Source of the DNA: Nitrosopumilus sp.
GTDB taxonomy: Archaea; Thermoproteota; Nitrososphaeria; Nitrososphaerales; Nitrosopumilaceae
Assembly: GCA_965249555.1 (NCBI GenBank)
Contig: OZ252243.1
Span: forward strand, 32,001 to 96,000
Length of the DNA: 64,000 bases
Reading direction: 5' to 3'
Shown here: in pieces, positions 12,001 to 19,419 of the stretch
Layout: every line of letters starts with the position of its first letter
Numbering within the stretch: the stretch's first letter is position 1
The notes under the pieces: model-generated
Told to the model about the DNA's origin: nothing
The model's input: the letters and a program-made list of their open reading frames with translations, nothing else
The model's database searches: none
Position numbers and translations under genes: made by a program

Positions 12001-14371
12001 GGGCAGGTAGAGTCGTTACAGATACACTGCCAATCACCTCACCACCAAATGAGAGGGTGACTATACCACTATAATCAGACTCAACTGGTAATGTAGTAGT
12101 TGATTTCACACCTAATACAGTATCTGCAATGTTGACATTAATGCTCTGATCAGTACTATATCCAATCGTGAAATCGCCGGATTTTAATGGTGTAAAGGAT
12201 GCAGATGCTGTTCCATCATCAACAGCTATGACACTAAAAGAGCCTGATGCAATTGGAGGTATTTCAGCTGGCGTATCAGGTGATGCAATCGAACTTGTAG
12301 CTACAATCAGATTGGCAGATCTGGCGAGGAGATTTGGAAAGGCATCAGCTGCGAGGACAGAAAAAATGTAAACTGTTTCAGGAGTCAGGTCGGTAAAAGT
12401 ATGGGATGTATTACCGACAACTACTACTGTGGAACTATCAGATCTAACCAACGCATAGCCGACGGTACCCTCCACTGCAGTCCATGTAAGCTTAATGCTT
12501 GTCGGAGTGATTTCTCCTGCGACAAGTTCAATTGGTGCTGCAGGTGTAGTTACAGTCAAATCCTCAGAATCTTCACTTGTCCCGGCAGAATTTGTCGCCG
12601 TAATTATATAATTGTAATTTGTTCCAGGTTCCAAGGAATCATCAGTGGCAGTAAATACATCATCTGATACCACTACATGATTAGGACCGTCCTCAACAAC
12701 TCTGGTTAAAGTGTAACTTGTGGCACTCTTCACTGAATTCCATGAGAGCGTTATGCTTGTGTCAGTGACTGCTCCTGGTACAAGTGTGGGAGGTACAGGT
12801 AGAGTCGTTACAGATAACGCTGATGATAGTGAGCTTATCACAAAATCATGTGTACGTGATTCACCAGTAAAAGAATAAGTTGTTCCAGGAGATAAACCAG
12901 TAACAGTATGCGTCGTACCAGTAACTGTTTCTATTTGTATTCCATTTCGGTACAATAAATAGTCAAAAACAGAACTGTGTGCAGACCATGTAATCACTAC
13001 ACTTGTATCAGTGATTGTTCCTGCGACAAGTATAGGCGGTCCAGGTTCTGTAGTTCTAGCCAAATCATGAGATGGATCACTTGTCCCAGCAGCACTAGTT
13101 GCTGTGACATGATATGTGTACAGGGTTCCACGAACCAAGTTCTTATCAACGTATGATGTAAAGTCACCAGATCTTATGCGAACGTCATCTCTAAACAGCT
13201 CGTATCCTGTGGCACCAAATACTTCATTCCATCGAAGCTCAATGCTTGTCGGAGTGATATCTCCTTCTGTAAGTGTAGGAGGTGCAGGTAGAGTCGCTAC
13301 AGGTAACGCTGATGATAATGAGCTTTCCGTGGAATCACTTGCACGTGATTTAGCAGTAAAAGAATAAGATGTTCCAGTAGATAAACCAGTAACAGTATGC
13401 GTCGTACCAGTAACTGTTTCTATTAGTGAACCATCTTGGAACAACAAATACTCAGCAGCACCAGTTTGTGATTCCCATGTAATTATTACACTTGTATCAG
13501 TAACTGTTCCTGCGACAAGTGTAGGCGGTTCAGGTTCTGTAGTTATAGCCAAAACATCAGATGAATCACTTATCCCAGCAGCATTAGTTGCTGTGGCATG
13601 ATACCTGTATATTGTTCCAGGAACCAAGTTCCTATCAACGTATGATGTAAAGTCACCAGATCTTATGGATTCGCCATTTCTAAACAGCTCGTATCCTGTG
13701 GCACTAAATACTTCATTCCATCGAAGCTCAATGCTTGTCTTAGTGATTGTTCTTGACTCAAGTGTAGGAGGTGCAGGCGGTTCAGTTGGCGCACTTGTAG
13801 ATACAGTCAAAACATCAGATGAATCACTTGTCCCAGCAGCACTAGTTGCTGTGGCATGATACCTGTATGTTGTTGCAGGAGTCAGACCAGTTTCAGTGTA
13901 GGATGTATCGCCACCAGTTTTTATGAGATTGCCATCTCTAAACAGCTTGTATTCTGTGGCACCAGTCACTGCATCCCATTCAATCGTTATACTTGTCGGA
14001 GTAATTGTTCCTGACTCAAGTGTAGGAGGTCCATGTGGAGTAGTTATAGTCAATATACGAGGAAGAGACAGACCGTCGTCATATGCGACGATTCTAAACT
14101 CGTAAGCTGTGTTAGGTGTCAGTCCAGTAGCAGTATACGTTGTACCATGTATTTGACCACCAGTGTCAAGTGGTCCTATGTCGACATCGTCTTGGTACAA
14201 AAAATAAAAATTACCAGTTGCAGTCCAAGTAAGCTTAACGGAGTTGTAAGTGGTGTCTGTTGCTGTAAATACAGGAGGGTCAGGTATAGCCTCTGCACTT
14301 GCAAGGAGAAGCGATATGGCAAACAGGGCAACCCCTCCACCCATTAACGCAGAGAATAATACTTTGTTCAT
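1..14371 (-). CDS. Giant secreted surface protein/adhesin with many fibronectin type III repeats and DUF5011/Ig-like repeats (3' end lies outside the window; >=4790 aa)
   Basis: ATG at 14371 gives signal peptide MNKVLFSALMGGGVALFAISLLLASAEA then IPDPPVFTATDTTYNSVKLTWTA. Repeated FN3 motifs (TSITIxWDAVxGAxGYxLxR...YTDTGLTPxTxYTYxxxAxNxAGxS) and DTTPPxIT...ELGETY repeats. Frame at position 1-60 matches the frame of the ATG, and the ORF track lists no long closed minus ORF, so the frame appears open off the edge. Confidence 0.93.
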   Translation of the reverse strand, partial: MNKVLFSALMGGGVALFAISLLLASAEAIPDPPVFTATDTTYNSVKLTWTATGNFYFLYQDDVDIGPLDTGGQIHGTTYTATGLTPNTAYEFRIVAYDDGLSLPRILTITTPHGPPTLESGTITPTSITIEWDAVTGATEYKLFRDGNLIKTGGDTSYTETGLTPATTYRYHATATSAAGTSDSSDVLTVSTSAPTEPPAPPTLESRTITKTSIELRWNEVFSATGYELFRNGESIRSGDFTSYVDRNLVPGTIYRYHATATNAAGISDSSDVLAITTEPEPPTLVAGTVTDTSVIITWESQTGAAEYLLFQDGSLIETVTGTTHTVTGLSTGTSYSFTAKSRASDSTESSLSSALPVATLPAPPTLTEGDITPTSIELRWNEVFGATGYELFRDDVRIRSGDFTSYVDKNLVRGTLYTYHVTATSAAGTSDPSHDLARTTEPGPPILVAGTITDTSVVITWSAHSSVFDYLLYRNGIQIETVTGTTHTVTGLSPGTTYSFTGESRTHDFVISSLSSALSVTTLPVPPTLVPGAVTDTSITLSWNSVKSATSYTLTRVVEDGPNHVVVSDDVFTATDDSLEPGTNYNYIITATNSAGTSEDSEDLTVTTPAAPIELVAGEITPTSIKLTWTAVEGTVGYALVRSDSSTVVVVGNTSHTFTDLTPETVYIFSVLAADAFPNLLARSANLIVATSSIASPDTPAEIPPIASGSFSVIAVDDGTASASFTPLKSGDFTIGYSTDQSINVNIADTVLGVKSTTTLPVESDYSGIVTLSFGGEVIGSVSVTTLPAPPVLVLGEITPTSVVISWDAVTGATGYELFRDDASLGTVTGTSYSDTAVTPGTSYTYHATSTNAAGTSDASVDLVAVTTIAPSVLSAGEITDTSIVITWTAPTGATEYSLFNGNTLVIRTSALTHTVDNLTAETDYTFTITSHSDTYTGVPSEDLDVTTAATPVPPETPVLSVDSTTDTTVTLSWGAVENADSYTLSRTGGAGPAEIPVSGGNTISYTDENLEPDTDYKYTITATNSVETSDSSAEVAATTTAASVLVPNAPTYTLDQTAIEAGSLSYQLNTAGDKIHITFTPLQVGSYTFEYDGRTNSFDAEDTHINKSQVLPNIPIGYGYDDDVVVSFGGTEVARIHVTTLVAPLAAPVLSVGAITDTSIALSWGAVTGATHYNVYRDGIAQGRDIGVTSFADTGLTPGTEYAYHVIAFNGLAASASSNVESVTTTGTAPDDIAPSITVNEESFSIELGETYTAFTFTATDNIDGDISSGVTVGGDTVDTGTVGAYDVTFDVDDAAGNPAETVTRTVTVTADVTAPSITVNEESFSVELGGTYELFTFTANDNTDGIITGEVAVAGYPADTDTAGTYDVTFDVNDAAGNPAETVTRTVTVTDTTPPVITPAGSTQRIELTATDTYTEQGGTVTDNDPAYPRTVAVSGDTPDTSSIGVYTVLYDAPDDAAGNTPDQQSIVISVVDTTPPTFDVDGNTVDYSTTVPFGGTYTQGVINNAFDISGIASSIVGGETVNVNASGEYVVTYTVTDNNGLSAIITETVTVEDPFVISVGAITDTSIALSWTSVTDATYYKVYRDGRPQGGNIAGTTHIDTVFPGTTYRYHVTAFDGAGVITSSNVVSATSTGTALTTPPAAPVLSVDITLDAIIFLSWTAVGNADSYTLTRIVDGGNDVIVLSGTSGLSTDDDSLLSGTEYKYFVTATNTFGESVRSNTVTATTTGTASIDTTPPVITVTPEEITLELNSPAPKLLEGVSTDDGSEINTSGTVDVTTVGDYTITYSSTDGTNPAVGKTRIYKVIAATAPPATPALGIASNTHNTIELAWVAVANAETYTLTRIVDGGDNVVVESGDILSATDRNLTPSTNYKYVIVATNTAGTSDPSAEFAASTTAAPVETPAIKTGSFEVTHTANADKLLVTFTALKEGTFTITSSESSDTVAVSAEDVSDSAVKESTITVGYDFDGDVTLSFDSKDVASQSARTLAIKAGTFIATARDDGDVTVSFVPLRAGTFLIQAVGGPSTLWTINTDEVGNATENITLSTGHGFIGEIVISFGGHEYARESVSTIPGTPTLVKGDITHNSVVFSWDAQTGATGYTLSRTGGTGPTEIAVTGTSYDDTLEPETTYTYSIRAVSIAGDSAASDVVSVTTLAAPTVAPTVPEIPVLSVDSTTDTTISLSWGTVGNANSYTLSRTLAGSAAGTETLSGDATTFTDENLTADTEYKYTLIATNSVGSSEPSNEVTASTDSSTYTLTSAPHTDGDKVTITFTSSHTGNFVIEFENGSTINFPIDDAATPNIHTETVGYDYTGNVIISIAGGVEVARESVTTGPAPDDTAPSITVNKDSFSVELGETYVPFTYSATDDTDGDITGKVVVGDTVDTSIANTYTVTFDVDDAAGNSAVTVTRTVTVTDNTPPSITPTGSTQRIELTATNTYTEQGATVTDNDPNYSETVTVSGNTPDTRVVGVYTVLYDAPDDAANNTPDQKSIVITVSDTTPPTFDVDGNTVDYSTAVPFGETYTQGVINNAFDISGIASSIVGGETVNVNASGEYVVTYTVTDSNGQTTTITETVTVGPEPTAPAAPILSAGATTDTTISLSWVAVENADSYTLSRTLGNNPAVTVLLETNVLTTTDENLEPDTDYKYTITATNSVGTSDSSAEVAARTDAATPPAAPALRTGEITSTSIVIAWDIVTGATGYELFRDGNSVTTTTELFYTDETLTPATSYTYHATATNSAGTSEDSANRAATTARAHPLPAPPVLVKGAINSTSIVISWDAQPNAHFYKLYRDDSLIRAIFGLSYTDTGLDPYTSYTYHATSTNRALQASDNSEDLIAVTTIAPPTLRPGAITPTSIVIEWTASTGATGYELFRDDASLGTVTGTSYSDNIVTPGTSYTYHATSTNAAETSVPSEDLVAVTTIAPPTLRPGAITPTSIVIAWDIVEGATGYELFRDDASLGPVTGTSYSDNIVTPGTSYTYHAISTNDIPQTSDNSADLEISTTIAPPELVAGAITETSIVIEWTAPTGATGYELFRDDAFLETVTALSYTDTGLTPETIYIYHATSTNDISQTSEPSANLVVSTRSTATPGTPIAIPPIVSDSFGVIAGADDASVSFVPLKSGNFIIGYGTDQRTVSIANDELGETSTTIVPVGYNYDNPVTLSFDGAQVGSVSVTTGPAPPVLVKGEITPTSVVISWGAVDGVTEYELFRDDVSLGPVTELSYTDNMVTPGTSYTYHATSTNAAGTSVPSEDLVAVTTIAPPATPVLVLGEVTETSITLSWVKVDNADSYTLTRIVDGINDVTVISGDILTATDTGLIVDADYNYIITATNSAGPSAPSAKFAASTTAASTDTVLAAPTLRAVEITESSIEIEWSKVTGAVLYSLFRNGVFIEYAFDTSYTDTGLTPETIYIYHATSSNAASQQSGKSADLVVSTRSTATPGTPIEIPAIESGSFGVIAGADDASVSFVPLKSGNFIIGYGTDQRTVSIANDELGETSTTIVPVGYNYDNPVTLSFGGVEVGSVSITTPPAPDTTAPDTTAPDTTAPSITVNEDSFSLELGETYTAFTYSATDNTDGDITSGVVVGGDTVDIGTVGTYDVTFDVDDAAGNHADTVTRTVTVTDTTAPAVPEITTSPATVNTPSFTIDGTAEAGTTVALFNGATPAGTATADGSGNFSFTVTLTDGENSFTVTASDGANTSGPSSALVITLDTEKPVITVTGSSETIELTQTNTYTIPDATVEDNDPAYSETVAVTGNTPDTSSIGEYTVLYDAPADAAGNTPDQKSITITVSDTTAPTLTVERLANNFIRLSWENVPSVEGAYIIHLDTGGSQSTLAEVFTDSHIISLSTDLELANAADRIGVTGDTGTQGTGSSFTILYEGGTVWADIPAKNAVASEPPVLVRGAVTDTSIVISWDIVDGATGYELFRDDVSIATTTTELSHTDDELTPGKSYTYHATATNSAGPSDASKDLTAATTIAPPVLVKGAVTDTTVIITWTAIHGAADYLLYQDNSATPIATVTGTTHTVTGLTAGTDYSFAAESRSSDSVKSSPSSALPVLTVPAAPALGTGAITDTSIVITWDIVEGATGYKLFRDDVSIATTTTELSHTDTTVTPGKFYTYHATATNSAGSSEDSDDLDVATTLAAPVLELGEITGTSVTITWTAIHGAADYFLHLEGLRPITVIGTTHTYINLTPGTTYSFTVESYNSDRTVKSQPSVPLSVTTSPATPTLRITDTAHNTITLSWDRVGADSYTLTRIVAGGANVLVPTTDALTATDTGLTAETPYRYVITATNAAGTSGSSNEVTASTAAAPAPATPTLVAGATTDTTITLSWGAVDYAKTYTLTRTVGIETTEIPDITGTSYTDGNLEPATDYNYIITATNSAGTSTPSAEFAVSTTAAPTDTTIPETPTLLLGAVTPTSITLSWNSVNNAETYTLTRVVDSINDVTVASGDILTATDENLIADTEYNYIITSTTPEGKTSAPSAEFAVTISSAAQSFDVAADGDEISVFFVPTISGEFTIKYGDQSIPVTIAAGDEGSASTTIVSVGYNFNRTVALFFGSDAIDSIPINTEPAPPTIRATTITPTSILIVWEESTGAQEYKLYKNNIPIATTPDVSYTDDSLEPETIYIYHAESHNDISQTSDTSANLVVSTSSTASPGTPIEIPAIQEPFAIETRAEDVLISFVPLKSGDFIIGYGTDQSITVSITNDELGETSSTLVPVGYNYNGDITLSFDGAQVDSLSITTSPAPPSLRVGAVTPTSITIEWDAVDGAIGYLIY
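3711..3758. repeat. 15-bp tandem repeat (ggtgctgttgtatca x3) encoding (DTTAP)3 linker
   Basis: Direct reading of the sequence; in frame in the giant protein. Confidence 0.9.
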
Positions 14372-14460
14372 ATTGCAACACTTCCATTAGATGACATTAA
14401 TGATGAGGTAGAACCTTCCCCCCCCCCCGCCATTAACGCAGAAAATAATACTTTGTTCAA
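14368..14460 (-). promoter_or_regulatory. Upstream mini-ORF (30 aa) formed by a duplicated N-terminus of the giant gene, containing a G11 tract; its TGA overlaps the giant gene ATG (ATGA)
   Basis: 14430-14470 repeats 14341-14380 (ccattaacgcagaRaataatactttgttca); C11 at 14418-14428; translation L/M-NKVLFSALMAGGGEGSTSSLMSSNGSVAI*. Confidence 0.6.
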
Positions 14461-15765
14461 TACTGCAACAGAATTATTCATGATTTATAAAAGCTTTGAA
14501 AGTTGTATTGTGATATGGAGGTATGGATCTATGAGTTTCATGCATGAACTTTTCTGCATACAGATCACCAAAACTATACAATTTGTGTCTGTTCAGAATC
14601 TTTACTTTGAGGCATTCTGAATTAGGTATTGGGCATTCTGCCCCTAACACATACTTTGACAGATCAAACAAATTACGATCCCTTTTGTATCTCCATTCTA
14701 TGATGTATGGTGTAGAACATTAAAGCAAACATTGTTCCAGTAAAAAGTATCATCACGCTGTTTCATGATTACTGATAGTGGCTCCACATGTATGATATGT
14801 CAAAATCATTAATAACACAGACCTGAAAATATCTCAATTGCATACAACAGTTGAATGGAATTTTAAATAAATTCAAAGACCGTTTAGAATTACATATTCA
14901 CCAATAGTATAATTGCAGCACACACACCCATTAAAGCATACATGTACTTTCTGTATTTGGGATTACTTGTTCGCATAACATAATGTAAGACTAAAAAGCA
15001 TTTAAGAATTAATAGGGTATTGGAGGTATTTCGGACCTTTTTGTTTTGTGTATATGTAAAAACAAAAGAGCATCCTGATCAATAAACTCAAAGAATTTTA
15101 ATAAAAAAAAGCCAGGATGGCAAATGAGGCATGGCAAACATTCCAGCAGGGAAGGAACCGCCAATTAATAACAAAAGGATTTTTTGAGAAACTACAAACT
15201 CATTTTTTGAAATAAAATTCTGAAACAAAATTATCATATGAATCAGCATTTCAATTTAAAGTAATAATTACTGCAATTAAAAAATGATTTTTTAAAAACA
15301 AACGCAGAGCGGAATTTGAACCCAGAAAGACCCTTTGCTCACAAGGCAAGCTCCATGCCAGGAGACCTCTGCAAATGTAAAATAATTTCAAAAGTAACAA
15401 AGATGCTCTGGGGGGTCTTTCTGGAACCTTATGACCTAGAGCGTTTACTGTCTTAATTGTGGTCTGCAAATTCACAACCAAACAAGACAGAGATTGCACT
15501 AACCAGGGCAATTATGATGTGTCAAACTCTGTGTTAGATATGTTGGGCAAGTAAATCATGTATTGCAGCATCATGACGTCTGAGACATGTCTTCAGATTT
15601 TCATGTATAGTTTTTTTAAAAATCAGCAAGCCAACTGTTCATCCTTTGCATAATGTCACTTGTATGTGACACCAGCAACACGACGGGAGTGGGCATGACA
15701 GTGGGATATTGTGTTGATCTGAATATTAGGGCATTCCAGAACAAGACATTGATCCCCTTACACTC

Positions 15766-18429
15766 TTATGACATTCCAACTGTAACCACACCACCGCCAA
15801 ACTCTGTTGTTGCACTGACATATGATGAATAACTGCCATCATTACTTGTTGGCACTGGCGCTCCTGCTACATCCAAGTTGACCCTTATCACATACTCTAT
15901 CATATCTCCAACATCAACTTGTGTGGTGATGTACTCAGAAACTGAAGTTAACGGATATACAATGTGAACTTGGTTTGATGCGCCATATCTTGCATTACTT
16001 AGTGTAGATGAAACAGTGGCTGTAGTAGGGTTAGACGAGTATATGGTGACAGTTTTCACATATTCCATGTTTTTTATGATATCCACATCAACTGTAATTT
16101 GTGATAGCTGTCCATTATCCAATGCAGCAACAATTTGATCTCGGTGTGCTGATGTAAGTGACTGGATGTCTGTTATGTCGGAGGGATTGACAGGATTTGA
16201 GTGTGCACTGCATGAATATGCTCTGTGAGGACTGCTAGCACCGCTCCACTTGCAGCTTCTGGATTCCACAAACTCTCCCGTATATGATGATGACATGCTA
16301 AAGTCTGCACTTCCGCCAACCTTGATGCTTATATTTGCAATTGCAGTTCCTGCATGTGTTGCAGTAAGAAACGTTGATGTGCTAATGTTTGATGATGTGG
16401 AAACTGCTCCAGTGGTACTGTGATCAGATGATGTTGATGATTTTTTTAAAACCTGCTTTATCTGCGTATACACTGAGACGTCTCGCATCAACACCTCAGT
16501 GTCTGTTCCGTTAATGGTAGCGTATATCGTATCAGCATTAGGAATTACGGGAATTACCAACGCATCATTTTTTGCATAGTCGCCATTCAGATAATCCAAG
16601 GATATCTCATCGACTCTTACATCTGCAACCTCTACTGGAACTGGGAATATCCACCGGACAAAGTTTTGCGGAATGTACACCAAATCCTCCCCTGTATTTA
16701 ATGGAATTGATTCTTTGTGGTACATGTCAATTAGTGCTGCACCAAGGTTGCCGAGATACTTTGTAGAGTCAGGATATATCCTTAGGATTCCTCCAGGTGA
16801 TGTCGGTATTCCAAAGCTTACATCATCGTATAACAGAGTGATTACGCCATTACTTTCAGTCTTTCCTACAACCCCTGTTATCCCGTTTTTGGATACATCA
16901 AATGCCGTATCTGCAGGGAGTCCGTCTACTTTGAAGAACACATCAGAGTCTGTATAAAATGATTCGCCTTTGATTGTAGCACCTCCATCATTTAGAGTCA
17001 CTACCAAGTATGAGTTTGTGGATAATGGTGTTACAAGTTCAAAGTCTGCCGTAAGATGACTCTGCAGGTTCCAAGGAGATTCTGAATAAATTGTATGTGT
17101 TTGGCTGACTCCACTGAAATATCTGATTCCTGTCGTCGTTTGTTTTGTAATTTTTTTTCCTTCATAAACTGTGGACACATCTAATGTGGAGGGGTTGTTC
17201 CGATCAATATGATGATTCTGATACTTGCTGTGATATGTGTGATGACCATCTATTACTCCTCGATCATGACATGTTGCATGTTTGCCGCGGCATATCCAGT
17301 GTCCATCATAAATGCCACTCAGATCACTGTCTTGTGCCACTATAACATTTGGTGATGAAGACACACCAAACAGATCATGCCAGTGGGTTAATCTATAATG
17401 ATTATGAGCATATGCATCAGCTTGAGTAGTGTATCTGGATGGATTTGTCTCTTCATAAATTACAAACCTATCCCCGCTCATGTCTAATGTAGTCAAGTCA
17501 AGTGGCGAGGTAACAATTTTTACATCAGCATTACTCAGAGTTCCTCGAATCAGAATATCATCATATGAGTATAGTTTGATCACTCTGGTTCCAGTCCCAG
17601 ATATGGTGATTCCATCATGAGTAATGCCAATAACGTTTGAGCCTGACATGCTCTGAGATTCCACATACCCAAGGATGTTTGATGCATCTGCTGTGACATC
17701 AGCTAGAGAGTCGCCATCATATCTGTACTCCTTTGCAAACTCTGGAACTGACAGTATTGTTGTAAGATCATCATCTGCAATTGCAACTGCCCAATCATCA
17801 TTTGGGCCAACCCCGACATATGGCCTGGTGTCAGTGTGGAATCCTGTAATGCCATTGCCAAAGTATACCATACCATTAGTGATGATATTGTGGATGGCCA
17901 AGGATACTCCCAACGCATCCAAGACTGCTGTTCCATCCCCTGTCCCGTCCTCTCCTGGTTTTTCTGAGTATGAATTGCTCAAAGATATTGGAAATGTCCT
18001 TCCGCGCTTTGTAACTATCTCACCTGCAATACCATCAAGTGCGCCAATTCCAACCTCATCAAGTGGAAATGATTGAAGTGTATGGCTTGGTAGATGCGCA
18101 TCATCAGATGTTAATGCGCTATCGCTTACTACAGGTGAGTTTGCACCAAATATTCGTCCGTTCTCATCTGGAATCACCACACGGTGAACCTCAGTACCTG
18201 ATTCATCATAAAATCTAAACATTGCAATCTCTGAATCATATTTGCCTGTATTTTTCACATGAATATTTGTACCATCAAAGTATGCATTCATACTTTCAGA
18301 TTTTTTTTCAATGTCAATTTGATTAGATAAAGTTGAAGCATGGGAAACATCACTGATTGATGTCACAGCGTATGCAGAAGTAGCCATGATACCTGCAACT
18401 ACAAGTATTCCCAACAACATGTTATTCAT
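15766..18429 (-). CDS. Large secreted beta-rich hypothetical protein (887 aa) with His-rich insert; possible pilus/adhesin component
   Basis: ORF track; N-terminal hydrophobic signal MNNMLLGILVVAGIMATSAYA. Confidence 0.8.
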   Translation of the reverse strand: MNNMLLGILVVAGIMATSAYAVTSISDVSHASTLSNQIDIEKKSESMNAYFDGTNIHVKNTGKYDSEIAMFRFYDESGTEVHRVVIPDENGRIFGANSPVVSDSALTSDDAHLPSHTLQSFPLDEVGIGALDGIAGEIVTKRGRTFPISLSNSYSEKPGEDGTGDGTAVLDALGVSLAIHNIITNGMVYFGNGITGFHTDTRPYVGVGPNDDWAVAIADDDLTTILSVPEFAKEYRYDGDSLADVTADASNILGYVESQSMSGSNVIGITHDGITISGTGTRVIKLYSYDDILIRGTLSNADVKIVTSPLDLTTLDMSGDRFVIYEETNPSRYTTQADAYAHNHYRLTHWHDLFGVSSSPNVIVAQDSDLSGIYDGHWICRGKHATCHDRGVIDGHHTYHSKYQNHHIDRNNPSTLDVSTVYEGKKITKQTTTGIRYFSGVSQTHTIYSESPWNLQSHLTADFELVTPLSTNSYLVVTLNDGGATIKGESFYTDSDVFFKVDGLPADTAFDVSKNGITGVVGKTESNGVITLLYDDVSFGIPTSPGGILRIYPDSTKYLGNLGAALIDMYHKESIPLNTGEDLVYIPQNFVRWIFPVPVEVADVRVDEISLDYLNGDYAKNDALVIPVIPNADTIYATINGTDTEVLMRDVSVYTQIKQVLKKSSTSSDHSTTGAVSTSSNISTSTFLTATHAGTAIANISIKVGGSADFSMSSSYTGEFVESRSCKWSGASSPHRAYSCSAHSNPVNPSDITDIQSLTSAHRDQIVAALDNGQLSQITVDVDIIKNMEYVKTVTIYSSNPTTATVSSTLSNARYGASNQVHIVYPLTSVSEYITTQVDVGDMIEYVIRVNLDVAGAPVPTSNDGSYSSYVSATTEFGGGVVTVGMS

Positions 18430-18453
18430 TATACAATAATGAAAAAATCGTAT

Positions 18454-19419
18454 TCAGTTACTAATCAAAGATTCAAAAAATGAAAAGACATCATATAGCC
18501 ATCCAAACATATTCTCAGAGTCATCTATAGAAACAACATCAGTTTCAGAGAGCATCGGAGAAACGACTGAATCACCATTTGATGAATCATCTGTGTCTGT
18601 AGGAACCGTAATGATCTCATCTGAATTCAGATCATCAAATTCAACAGTATCCAAATTAGACATATCTGAATCAATCAAATCATCAATTGCATCATTAGGA
18701 ATAATTACATTATTCTCATATTCATCAGTTTGGGAAATAAAACCAGTTTTATTGTATACATCAACTGGAGCAGTTATGTTATAATCAGAATACACATCAT
18801 CAGTCAAAACAGAACCAAATTCCAATTCATTATACATTGAATTCAATTCAATATCAAATGAGGTCATGCTAGTATCAATCCTGACAGACATTGGCAAATA
18901 CACATCATCTCGTAGAATAATAAAATCTCCTGAATCAGAAGATAAGGTATATTGTATGGATGAATATTCCCTTGAAAAATCAGTTACAACCACATCTTCA
19001 AACTTTCCATAGGTTACACTACCAAGCTCAAGTGTTATATCATTCATACCTGCATGTGCTGGCATCCAAAAAATGGTGTTCTTGATGGAATCACCAATGT
19101 ATTTGTGATAGATGGAATTGATGTTAAATGACTCATCAACTAGTATTATATCTCGCATCACATCCCCGTTCTGTGTTTCATTAATCATCTCAACATAGAG
19201 CAGCCATACAGTCCCAAAATCCATCTCAAATGAATCAACTACATGTAATATCACACCATAGCATTTACTTTTCAGTGCAGTATTTGCATCCAATGTGTAA
19301 TCATCACAAATGTCATACTCAAATACATCACCTCGCACAAACCCTCCAAACTCCCAAGAATAACTAAACGGAACAAGTGGAATCATTCCAAGAAACAAAA
19401 GAAGAGGAATTATTTTCAT
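18454..19419 (-). CDS. Secreted/membrane acidic hypothetical protein (321 aa)
   Basis: Signal peptide MKIIPLLLFLGMIPLVPFSYS; Asp-rich C-terminal linker; overlaps next gene by 4 bp. Confidence 0.8.
   Translation of the reverse strand: MKIIPLLLFLGMIPLVPFSYSWEFGGFVRGDVFEYDICDDYTLDANTALKSKCYGVILHVVDSFEMDFGTVWLLYVEMINETQNGDVMRDIILVDESFNINSIYHKYIGDSIKNTIFWMPAHAGMNDITLELGSVTYGKFEDVVVTDFSREYSSIQYTLSSDSGDFIILRDDVYLPMSVRIDTSMTSFDIELNSMYNELEFGSVLTDDVYSDYNITAPVDVYNKTGFISQTDEYENNVIIPNDAIDDLIDSDMSNLDTVEFDDLNSDEIITVPTDTDDSSNGDSVVSPMLSETDVVSIDDSENMFGWLYDVFSFFESLISN

Noticed and set aside
1368-14347. Dozens of short + strand ORFs
   Set aside because: Antisense shadows of the repetitive giant minus-strand gene
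14368-14460. Classical in-frame fusion phase variation of the giant gene by the G-tract
   Set aside because: A TAA lies 15 nt upstream of the ATG in the main frame, so no tract length gives a fusion; only coupling can change
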